Assembly (NCBI GenBank): GCA_963663405.2
Contig: CAXXSM010000161.1
Coordinates: 1 to 41,845 of the forward strand
Source of the DNA: a bacterium
Lineage (GTDB): Bacteria; Hinthialibacterota; Hinthialibacteria; Hinthialibacterales; Hinthialibacteraceae
DNA: 41,845 nucleotides
Reading direction: 5' to 3'
Below are positions 17,967-26,819 of the stretch, in pieces (the stretch's first letter is position 1; each line of letters begins with the position of its first letter). The notes beneath the pieces were generated by a model that saw nothing but the letters and a program-made list of their open reading frames with translations, had not been told where the DNA came from and ran no database searches. The position numbers were made by a program, and so were the translations under genes.

Positions 17967-19517
17967 TTATCTTATTACTTTTAAACATACAGCTTCATAT
18001 TGATTCCGGGTCCGATAATGAAAGACACCAGGTTGAATTTTACCTTTAGTTTTGATTGTCATATTCCAAGTGTCAATCACTTGCCATTGGTAAGGAGTCT
18101 CCCCCGTTAGGTTCAGATTGATTTCTATATTGGCGTCTGCTGCATAAGCCAGATAAATATGTCCATCCTTTTTGAAGATATAGACATTGTTATTCTTGTT
18201 TTTAGGCTGGTCATTGGCCACGAATAACGGCTCCATTTCCTTCACTGGAACTGTCTCCATAAATGATTTGAAGAACGCGATCCGTTCCGGACTTTTCCCA
18301 ACCAGCAAACCTCCCTTGGCCCACCAGCGTACTTCCGTCTCATTGTCAGAAGAATTGATATAGGTATCGCCGTGAGTCCCATAGCCACCGCTGAGACCCG
18401 CCATCCAAAAATAACTGGCCATTTCTTCACTGGACATGTTCCCCCAGCTGCTTTCTACATCGCCTTCGTAACGCATCTCATCAAACAGCAGCGGTTGTTT
18501 ATACTGGTTCCGCCATTTGATTGCGTTGTAGAAATGAGATGTTTGAGTGCAGGTGTGGGTGATCCACGAGCGGGTGTGGTCATAGAAATGATCTTCCGTA
18601 TCATACCAGTTGTGAATGCCACGAAAATGCTGATGCGGATCCTCATTTTGCAGAATTATCCCAATTCCTTCCCAATCAATACTGTCTTTGATCCTTGGGA
18701 TATCCCACTCATTCGCCAGCGACCACCAGACATTGCGATAGGCGGATATCCGGGCGATCATATACTGCACATAGCGGAAATTGTTTTCGTCCCCCATTTC
18801 TGAATATCCCCATTTGTCATAGGGATGAAAGAGGATGACATCCGCCTGAATGCCCAGATTCAACAGTTGTGAGATTCGCTTGTCAAAATTTTGGAAAAAG
18901 GAGTAATTCGGACGATCAAAATCTTTAATGGATTGGTAGGGATAAGCCCAAGGTTCGGTGTCGTTTCCGTATTTGTATGATTTGGGGAAAACACACATAC
19001 GGATTTTATTAAATGGAGCGTCGGCTAGAGTTTTTAGTGTTTGTTCTTGAATGCTTTGCTTGACGCTGGTCCATTGATAAGCGGTTGTTCCGATAGAATA
19101 AAATGGAGTTCCATCAGCGTATTCCAGATAGTATGTATTGACGATTTTGAGTGGACCGTGATTGTTACCAGTTGGTTTAACACATTGAAACGAACCAGTT
19201 ATTTTATCCAATTGAGGATTATTGCTATCCGTGATAAATGTCCAGTTTCCAAGCGTATCAGGAGAAAATCGTACTTTGTATTCCCCTTGACCGTCATAAA
19301 AACCGGGCATGGAAACCTTCCTTGTTCCATTTTTGAAATCTGCTTTGAAATCGACTTCCAAATAAGGATTTCCAGAGGAAGGCCCGTTCAAACAGAGTTC
19401 GTATACATCCCACTGCTCTACTTGGACGGTTTCAGCGGTTAGATTGCTACCACAAGTACTAAACCAAGTCGTGAATAATGCGATTGTTATTGTAATAATG
19501 TTGTGGTACTTTGTCAT
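17967..19517 (-). CDS. Secreted DUF5060/DUF4038 glycoside hydrolase, GH140 apiosidase-like
   Basis: Signal peptide; GFYDG..YKVRFSP, GTTAY.W, PFNKIRMCVFP, LFHPYD, WWSLANE, GIHN, DEMRYEG, THG. Confidence 0.82.
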   Translation of the reverse strand: MTKYHNIITITIALFTTWFSTCGSNLTAETVQVEQWDVYELCLNGPSSGNPYLEVDFKADFKNGTRKVSMPGFYDGQGEYKVRFSPDTLGNWTFITDSNNPQLDKITGSFQCVKPTGNNHGPLKIVNTYYLEYADGTPFYSIGTTAYQWTSVKQSIQEQTLKTLADAPFNKIRMCVFPKSYKYGNDTEPWAYPYQSIKDFDRPNYSFFQNFDKRISQLLNLGIQADVILFHPYDKWGYSEMGDENNFRYVQYMIARISAYRNVWWSLANEWDIPRIKDSIDWEGIGIILQNEDPHQHFRGIHNWYDTEDHFYDHTRSWITHTCTQTSHFYNAIKWRNQYKQPLLFDEMRYEGDVESSWGNMSSEEMASYFWMAGLSGGYGTHGDTYINSSDNETEVRWWAKGGLLVGKSPERIAFFKSFMETVPVKEMEPLFVANDQPKNKNNNVYIFKKDGHIYLAYAADANIEINLNLTGETPYQWQVIDTWNMTIKTKGKIQPGVFHYRTRNQYEAVCLKVIR

Positions 19518-19589
19518 TTTTTACCTTGATAGAATGTTTTTTATAAAACATGTAATTAGAAATTCGAATCCATGAAATATTTCTCTGTT

Positions 19590-20439
19590 ATCGAGTAGGG
19601 TAAGGTAGGAAAATCAATCCTACCTTATCCCTCTCACAGAACCGTACGTACGGGCCTCGTATACGGCTCCTGTTGATTCTCCTTCATTTGACTGAAACAG
19701 AAGTCTCGCTCCTGCATCCTCTTCTTTCGAAATCATCACTTCCCCTCCGGCTCTTCGCTTGGACGATGTCGTCTTCTATCCCTCTCGGGCAATGTGCGGC
19801 CTCATTTCCAAACTACTCCGGCGAACAGCCCAGGAAGGCAGACCGCCTTTCACAGCGTACCGCTTTCCAAGTGCCCCATCCCGACGAATGGCTTATGTTC
19901 GGTTCCACGCTTCTTTCGATTTCCGAGAACCTTCGAATCAACTTCCTCCCTTCGCAACCAGCGGCGCTTTTGGCTTCTCCGTCGGCCCCTGCGAACTTGG
20001 CCGCAGGTCATCCCGGTTTTCTCCTCCAGACGGTTACCCGCTTTCTCCGGCCGGGATTTCAACACTACTACGGATTCATCTGCCACCTCACACCGCTTCG
20101 ATCCGTCTCGAGTCTCCTCTTGAGTTTCACTATCCGCTCCGGCTGTGCCGGGCGGAACGATATGAGGCTTCCCCAGTTACTGACGGGTTCCTGTGAACTG
20201 CCCCATCCTCAAACACGTCACGGGTCTGACCAAGTTTTGGGCGTTGCGCTATTTAGCACGCTTACCCACCCGCGCCGCCGAATCAGGTTCGCTTGCGCTA
20301 TGTGCCGTTCACTTCCTATCGCTTCCTTCAGACCCTGCCGTTGCCAGCAACGCCCTTGCGATTTGGATTGTCTTCCCCTTGGCCGGGGCGACGCCTGTTT
20401 CTTTCAACAAGCCGGAGTTGCCCGCTTCGCTGGGCAAAC
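19590..20439 (-). ncRNA. ORF-less group II intron (about 850 nt)
   Basis: Minus strand: 5' GTTTGCCCAG; domain V GAGCCGTATACGAGGCCCGTACGTACGGTTC (19669-19639); domain VI ending CCCTACTCGAT; no RT ORF. Confidence 0.9.
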
Positions 20440-20440
20440 T

Positions 20441-20470
20441 AAAAAAAAGAAGCCGATCAAACCTTCTTTT
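20441..20470 (-). terminator. Terminator-like stem-loop directly upstream of the intron 5' end
   Basis: Minus strand AAAAGAAG-gtttgatcgg-CTTCTTTT-TTTT-A then the intron start. Confidence 0.6.
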
Positions 20471-20628
20471 TGTTTTCATTTCATTCCTGATGAATTTGAA
20501 AATCCTAATTGACGAGCAATATTTCTTTAAAGAAAACCTTTTAACAGTTAAAAGATAAGGTTATTATATGCTGGTCAATCTTTGTATTCTATTCGTTTTT
20601 ATCGATATTACTGTCGGATTCTAGCTCA

Positions 20629-21507
20629 ATGACCACATTCGATCCAGCAAGAAAAGACTTTCAACCCTATGGTTTTTCATGTGTTAGATGGAAAGCGACA
20701 TTGATGTCCCGTACGGACCGTCATAATGAGATCGAAATCAATCTACTAGGAAAAGGATCGTTGACCTATTTATTTGGCGGTCAGAAAATAAAAGTTCCTC
20801 ATCATCGATTTGTTGCTTTTTGGGCGGTCATACCACATCAGGTAATAGACTTCACTGATTTGGATGATTATTTCGTGATGACGATTCCATTAACGACATT
20901 TCTCCAGTTTGAGTTTCCCTCTACTTTTGTACAACAAGTGTTACAAAATCAATTCATAATCGATCCGGATTCGAGAGAATATAACGCGGATGAATTACGA
21001 ATAACGAAATGGTTAGAAGACCTTAAATCCAAAGATGATGAACTCATTCGGATTTGTCTATTGGAAGTCGAAGCGAGATTAAGGCGCCTTATTTGTAAAT
21101 TAGAATCTTGTCACAGCGATAAAAAAAATACAACCGTTTATTTAGGGAAGGGGGATTTGAGTAATGTAGAGAAAATGGCCCGTTTCATTGCGCAGAACTA
21201 CACAAAAAGTTTGACAGTAAATGAAATCGCTGACTCGGTCAACTTGCATCCCAATTATGCAATGCGGACATTCCGGAAGACTTTCGGTATAACAATGACT
21301 GATTACATTGTTGAACATCGCTTATCTCACGCGCAAAAACTTCTCATTACCTCCAACGATTTAATTTTAGACATCGCTCTTAATTCAGGTTTTGGATCGC
21401 TTAGCCGGTTTAATGTAACTTTTAAGAAAATCTTCCAATGTACTCCTAGCGCATACAGAAACAATTACAAAATAAATCCAATTCATCTCGACTCAGAGAT
21501 GGTTTAA
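20629..21507 (+). CDS. AraC family transcriptional regulator (MelR-like), divergent from the sugar operon
   Basis: Cupin HNEIEIN, FWAVIPHQ; LHPNYAMRTF, IALNSGFGSLSRFN, TPSAYR. Confidence 0.93.
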   Translation: MTTFDPARKDFQPYGFSCVRWKATLMSRTDRHNEIEINLLGKGSLTYLFGGQKIKVPHHRFVAFWAVIPHQVIDFTDLDDYFVMTIPLTTFLQFEFPSTFVQQVLQNQFIIDPDSREYNADELRITKWLEDLKSKDDELIRICLLEVEARLRRLICKLESCHSDKKNTTVYLGKGDLSNVEKMARFIAQNYTKSLTVNEIADSVNLHPNYAMRTFRKTFGITMTDYIVEHRLSHAQKLLITSNDLILDIALNSGFGSLSRFNVTFKKIFQCTPSAYRNNYKINPIHLDSEMV

Positions 21508-21529
21508 GAATAAAATGCGTTGATGGCAA

Positions 21530-22045
21530 TCAAAAGGCCTTGATAATAATTCCAATCAAATAAAATAGAATTGGAAGACTTACGTTAAGCAGGTAAACCA
21601 CAGGAATACCAAGGACAATCCAAGTAAAAATAAAATCACTGGTATTGCCGGCGATATGATAAGTCAGACTTATAAGCGAAATGGCTATTCCAATACTTAA
21701 AAATAAAAAAGTAGAAACGCTTTCACTCCATGCGATCGAGTCTTTCTTAAATAGAAGAGTCCATCCGGTTAAAAATTGAGCCACCCACAAAGGAATCATG
21801 GATACGAAGGTGCGTGAGGAACGAGATAACTCATTCCAATTATTCGCCACTAAAAGGATAATCCCTAAACCAATGAAAATCGCGCCAAAACAACTAAATA
21901 CAATGAGTGCGATTTTCCGTTTATTGATCTCCTGGACTGGTCCATAATATTGACGAATGTTTTCCGCGATCTCATCCGACAGAATTCCTTGACAGACCAT
22001 CTCAGGTAATTCATTATAGAGCCACTTCACAAATCGCTTGTTCAC
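21530..22045 (-). pseudogene. DUF2157 family membrane protein, probably truncated
   Basis: N-terminal WLYNELP..GILS..IRQYY, GAIFIGLGIILLVANNW, ISLISLTYHI; ends right after the DUF2157 region, in a TM helix, convergent on araC. Confidence 0.6.
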
Positions 22046-22489
22046 ATTATTTCTCGCAATCGATTTTCAAATGATTTAGTTTGGAATTACACTTTTAAAA
22101 CGAAAAAAATGTTTACTTTCTTGTTATTCAATCAATTCTCTCATGGTTGATTATACCGCGTCAAGTTATTTTGTTATTTTCATGATAATAAACCATTTCT
22201 TAGATCGACAAGAATTCTCTAACAATAAAAAAGCAGTACAGATTTGTGGGGAAATAAGTACTGCGCTTTTGCATCCGTATACCTCTAGATTTCATATAAA
22301 ACGAACTTAAATATAAATAACATAAAGGTTTATGACATTCCATCTCTCACAAGATAGATTTCGTGCTCATCCTGAAGCCGACTATTCATTCATTGGTTGA
22401 GAATTTTGATCAGAGTATGATTGATTTGAATTTTCACACTGAGTCTGAGAGGGCGCATGTTCATGTTGATCACACTTTTCTCCTTCCGA

Positions 22490-22840
22490 CTAGTCCAATT
22501 GATTTGCCGTCATTCTCTTGAGTTTCTTTCCAGGCCGGAATTGCACCACTCTTCGTTCAGGCAGTTCGATCGGTTCACGAGTCCTTGGATGTAAGATTCG
22601 TCTTCTTTTACGATTTCTCGCGTGGAAGGTTCCGAAGCCGACCAACAGAACTCGATCACCTTTGACAATCGCTTCCGAAATTACATCAAAGATTTTACTC
22701 ACTATTCTGCCTGACCGTTTCAATGTGAGATCAAAGTTCTCTGATATCTTCCGTGACAGGATGTATTTGTTTATGATTTTTTGTCTTTCCATAAGAATTG
22801 AGAAATCGTTCACCTTATTAAAGTTTTCGTTTGTTTTCAT
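22490..22840 (-). CDS. HU/IHF family DNA-binding protein
   Basis: GDRVLLVGFGTF...RKRRRILHPRTREPIELPERRVVQFRPGKKLK. Confidence 0.92.
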   Translation of the reverse strand: MKTNENFNKVNDFSILMERQKIINKYILSRKISENFDLTLKRSGRIVSKIFDVISEAIVKGDRVLLVGFGTFHARNRKRRRILHPRTREPIELPERRVVQFRPGKKLKRMTANQLD

Positions 22841-23585
22841 CGGAATGTTGGGAGAGTAGATTATGATTTCGTTTCAATGAACGCGTCTGAACAGAGCGCC
22901 ATAGGTTGGGATCAAGAAACGTATCATGACGGCCATGAATAGCGCCATCAATGTAGAATGGATTCTTCAAGATGGATGCAACTGTAGAGCGTTTGACTCC
23001 TGTGCGTTGAGAAATAATCGAAAGCGACGATCCATTCGATGCGAGGGTGAACAATTCCTTTATAATTACGCTTGCTTTTTCATCGATCACTATGCGATTA
23101 TTTTCCATTCGATAACCAAGCGGAGGACGGTTCATGAATTTACCGTTTTCGCGCGCTCGTAGCAAACCACGCTCAATACGCGCTTGTCTTAATTCATGCT
23201 CAAACTCAGAAAATACCGCTCGGACTTTTGAAAACGCTCTTTCGGACGGTGTCGTTCCCACTCGATCATTGATAAGGATGAGTTCAACGCCTTGCTGCAT
23301 AAAATGTGTGTACAACCATCCGAAATGAAAAACATCGCGAGACAAACGATCCGCCTCGGTTACGATGACTGCTGTCAAGGATTTATCGACGGAATCGAGC
23401 AGTGACATAAGACCGGCGCGTTCCCGTAACTTGGTTCCACTGGTCTGGTCTTCAAATATCCGCAGTAACTCTAATTCTTTATTTTTACAATACAACTCAA
23501 TTTCAAGTTTTTGTCCGTCCAATGAATATTTTTTCCCTTGTTCGCCGGTTGAAACTCTTATATATCCAAATACGTTCTTCCTCAT
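22818..23585 (-). CDS. Serine recombinase (resolvase catalytic domain plus compact Recombinase DNA-binding domain, no zinc ribbon)
   Basis: YIRVST catalytic Ser, SG, DRLSR, PPLGY, ILKNPFY. Confidence 0.92.
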   Translation of the reverse strand: MRKNVFGYIRVSTGEQGKKYSLDGQKLEIELYCKNKELELLRIFEDQTSGTKLRERAGLMSLLDSVDKSLTAVIVTEADRLSRDVFHFGWLYTHFMQQGVELILINDRVGTTPSERAFSKVRAVFSEFEHELRQARIERGLLRARENGKFMNRPPLGYRMENNRIVIDEKASVIIKELFTLASNGSSLSIISQRTGVKRSTVASILKNPFYIDGAIHGRHDTFLDPNLWRSVQTRSLKRNHNLLSQHSDENKRKL

Positions 23586-23800
23586 TTGTCATTCACCACT
23601 CGAAACACAATATCACCACGATCGATAAACACTTGTAATTTGTCTCCTCCTTGAAGACGAAGGGCTTTTGCCACTCCAGAGGGGATAGTGATAGTGAATT
23701 GGCCGTTACTCCTTTGCTCTCGTAACACAACAAGATTTTGAGAAAGGCGCTTACCACGTGTATTTGGAAAAGTGAGGATAGGATCAATGGGTTGTTGCAT
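23582..23800 (-). CDS. AbrB/MazE/SpoVT-like swapped-hairpin DNA-binding protein
   Basis: GQFTITIPSGVAKALRLQGGDKLQV; ATGA overlap with the recombinase. Confidence 0.8.
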   Translation of the reverse strand: MQQPIDPILTFPNTRGKRLSQNLVVLREQRSNGQFTITIPSGVAKALRLQGGDKLQVFIDRGDIVFRVVNDK

Positions 23801-23860
23801 AGAGATAACTATGCATGAAATTATATATAAATCTATCGTTAAACCACGATTTTTCGTGGT
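23796..23860. promoter_or_regulatory. Two palindromes at and upstream of the AbrB-like start (operator or recombination-site candidates)
   Basis: TGCATAG-N6-CTATGCA (23796-23815) and ACCACGA-N4-TCGTGGT (23843-23860). Confidence 0.5.
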
Positions 23861-24051
23861 GGTCCAGAAAGTCTACCTTATTGGACGGAAATAATTTGAT
23901 ATATATAAAATAGTAAAGGGATCATTGCGTAGGTATAATAGATATCCGATAATGCGCCGGTTAGAATAACTCGATTAAAACAGGAAATGATTCCACAAAT
24001 TTTCCTTAGGATTGTTTACAGGCGAGGGAGGCTGGTCAATTATGTTTTTAC

Positions 24052-26598
24052 TCAATAAATATTCCAGTTTTCCACTGCTGTAGGCTCTGGTAAAATCCCA
24101 CTTAACAAATAGGCTCGACGTTTTTGAATGTAATCCTTGATTGATTGGAAGGATTCTATGATTTGGCGGCGTCGATCATTTAACTTTTGCCCAATCTCGT
24201 TCTCGAGAAAATCCAAATCCGCTAATAATAAATTCTGTTCCAATTCTATTTTGGGAAACAAAGAATCCTCTGAAAAATGATGATCCAATTCTTCACGCAA
24301 TTGATCAAGATACATTTGATGGAAATCAGGATCCTTGTGTAAAGAACCGTTTACTGTATCTGGATCATATATCCATCCACCGGTTTTTGGATACGTTGGA
24401 GGTACTTGGATCCCCGTTTGATCGCTGTCCATCCATACATTATCTAAATCCCAAGGGAGAATTTCCCATTTTCCATCCGGCTCTAAATTGTAATACAGCC
24501 AGTAATTATTATTAAAACCATCAAAATGTGAAATAAACGTGTTGACAATGTGGTGCGCGATCGCGTTTTCCACATTGAATAATCTCTGAATGTTGTTATG
24601 CAGCTCATCCTCGTTTTCCGTTTCTAACTGGTTAACGAGTTCATCATATGATTGATAGCCTGTATCTATATTAGTTTTCTTAAACGTATAAAAATATCCA
24701 GTGATAGAGACATCCCAATCTCTTTTATATAAATCCCCATCTGGATTTCTTCCATTGAGTTCTAAAAAACATTCATTGATCTGTTGAAATATCAGTTGTT
24801 GTTTAGGCGCGCCGGTTGTTTCGCTATCATATATTACTCGATACCATTCCGCCTGCGGCGCCAATACATTCATTTGTCGATATAACCAATACCCAATCGA
24901 TTCATGAAAAGGAGTGCGCAATCCAGGATTATTTCCCCAACGAGGCCGTTCCGGTGTCATATTCAGAGTTCGATTTCCCATATATTCTTCCTCTTTCAGG
25001 AACCGGATCTTAGCGCCTCCCCGGCTTTGCAGTACCAAGGCTCCATCGAAGACTCGTGGATACTCGTCTTCCGGTCTTTGAATGACCACACCACTTGCAT
25101 TCCAAGGATCCTGCGTGAGATGAGTCGTTCGTTGCATTTTGGGTCCATATACCCACAGAATAGGAAGCAAGGAATGGATTTCGCCATCATAAACAAAGTA
25201 GGAACCGTATGGTTTAGGTTCCCCTTGGAAAGGTAACCTTACTTCTGTGCCATCTATTAATATGACAACCGTATTGAAACGTACTAATGTTTGAGATGGA
25301 AAAGGAGGAATTTGGGCTTCAAAAGTGATTGAATCAAGGGATTGCGAAATTTGATTCATCTTTACCGAGTCAATCGTGGAACATCTCTTTTTCCCGTAGG
25401 ATAGATATAACTCTAAAGCGCTTCGATCGAAAAAGAAATGTCCGGCGTCAAATCCAACGCATGCAATACAGTTTTCACCAGGAACGAGATAATTATCTGC
25501 GCTCCCCAATGGATAGACTTGTTCGATAGAACTTAAATTCAATTCCGTCGCCAATGAGCGATAATTATAACGATCCCGGGCGCGTTCTTTCGCCACTTCC
25601 ACACCGTTAATATAACAAATAAAACCGGAATCGGCGTATATATTTAAATCGAGATCCCCCATCGCGCTTGGATCCTCGACGTAAAATATTTTGCGGATAA
25701 AGATTGTATTATTGCGAGGAAGGGGAGTACCATAATTGACCACATGAGATAGATTATTCCCATCCGCATATCCGAAGGCTCCTTTTCCAACTTCCCATTC
25801 TGAATCATCAAATGGCAGAGTGGTCCATTCCAATCCATCGGATGGCGCTGAATTCCCTGGCCAATACCGCCACTCATCATCAATAAAAACAGGACCTTCT
25901 AACCTGGAACCGGTTTGGCAATATTCCCATTGAAGGTTTACTGTTGAAATCAGCTCTGGGGAATCGAATGTACATCTTACATCGACTGAATCAGATGATG
26001 TTGGGTTTTGAGGCGTAAATTGAATGGATTGTAGAAATGGATGGGAAGGAACTCCCGAAACGGAATTTTCCTGCTTCGGTGTACCACCTTCGACCAGAGA
26101 CGCGCGCCAGGAATGATAATCACCTGAGGGAAGATCGGGAGAAATTCGCTCTAGTGAGGCCCCATATCCATCAGCTCCAAGAGGCCATGGATTTCTGTCA
26201 TCATACTGTACACTATCAACAATAAATCCATCCGGCCGAGAAAGGATCAACGTTTCGCCCCGATTAGATAATTTTCCTTCATAAGGGCCAACATCGGCTT
26301 TTTTTCTTTCTACTTTCCTCCAGTACATTACATATTCTGACATATTTTTGGCTAGAATAAGATAATTTTTCGATTCTAAAATCGTGCCTTCTGGAAAAGT
26401 GTATTGAATACCTTTTATGAATTTGTATCCTGTTAAATCAATCGGATCGGGATCAGGATTATAGAGTTCGATATATTCAGCATTTGTGTTTTCATCTGGA
26501 GGATTGTAAAATATTTCATTAATAATAACACTTGCTGACGCATGACAAGAGATGAAAAACAAGCAACAATATCTTATAGAAGACAATCGGCGTAACAT
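24052..26598 (-). CDS. Secreted lamin-tail domain / galactose-binding-like / CotH kinase family protein
   Basis: Signal peptide from ATG 26598; IINEIFYNP..EYIELYN, GASLER; GDLYK, NNYWLY, WEILPWDLD. Confidence 0.85.
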   Translation of the reverse strand: MLRRLSSIRYCCLFFISCHASASVIINEIFYNPPDENTNAEYIELYNPDPDPIDLTGYKFIKGIQYTFPEGTILESKNYLILAKNMSEYVMYWRKVERKKADVGPYEGKLSNRGETLILSRPDGFIVDSVQYDDRNPWPLGADGYGASLERISPDLPSGDYHSWRASLVEGGTPKQENSVSGVPSHPFLQSIQFTPQNPTSSDSVDVRCTFDSPELISTVNLQWEYCQTGSRLEGPVFIDDEWRYWPGNSAPSDGLEWTTLPFDDSEWEVGKGAFGYADGNNLSHVVNYGTPLPRNNTIFIRKIFYVEDPSAMGDLDLNIYADSGFICYINGVEVAKERARDRYNYRSLATELNLSSIEQVYPLGSADNYLVPGENCIACVGFDAGHFFFDRSALELYLSYGKKRCSTIDSVKMNQISQSLDSITFEAQIPPFPSQTLVRFNTVVILIDGTEVRLPFQGEPKPYGSYFVYDGEIHSLLPILWVYGPKMQRTTHLTQDPWNASGVVIQRPEDEYPRVFDGALVLQSRGGAKIRFLKEEEYMGNRTLNMTPERPRWGNNPGLRTPFHESIGYWLYRQMNVLAPQAEWYRVIYDSETTGAPKQQLIFQQINECFLELNGRNPDGDLYKRDWDVSITGYFYTFKKTNIDTGYQSYDELVNQLETENEDELHNNIQRLFNVENAIAHHIVNTFISHFDGFNNNYWLYYNLEPDGKWEILPWDLDNVWMDSDQTGIQVPPTYPKTGGWIYDPDTVNGSLHKDPDFHQMYLDQLREELDHHFSEDSLFPKIELEQNLLLADLDFLENEIGQKLNDRRRQIIESFQSIKDYIQKRRAYLLSGILPEPTAVENWNIY

Positions 26599-26819
26599 TT
26601 TCAAACTCCCTTCGTATGAGAAAATAAAATATGGATACTCTCGCAGGATCAGCAATAGAAGAGCAAAATATCATTTTACTACACATTCCAAAATCAAGTT
26701 TTCTGAAATACAAGTAATATTTGGGCAGTCACTTGTTACGATAAATGCATGGACACCTCTGTTGAGTGATATTTCAATAGAATCCGCTCTGTATGCAGGA
26801 ATAAATTTTATTTCTGAAT

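Noticed and set aside
19673-20558. Several overlapping ORFs (279, 145, 109, 121 aa) as proteins or an intron maturase
   Set aside because: They are antisense to the structured intron RNA, have no RT (YADD-type) motif and no recognisable domain
22382-22492. Pyrrolysine or recoded TAG
   Set aside because: Other genes in the window end normally at TAG, and no pyl genes are visible
22818-23585. IS607-family TnpA
   Set aside because: No N-terminal MerR-like HTH and no tnpB; the catalytic domain is N-terminal
23582-23800. MazE/VapB antitoxin of a toxin-antitoxin pair
   Set aside because: The coupled downstream gene is a recombinase, no toxin ORF is adjacent, and there is no C-terminal neutralising tail
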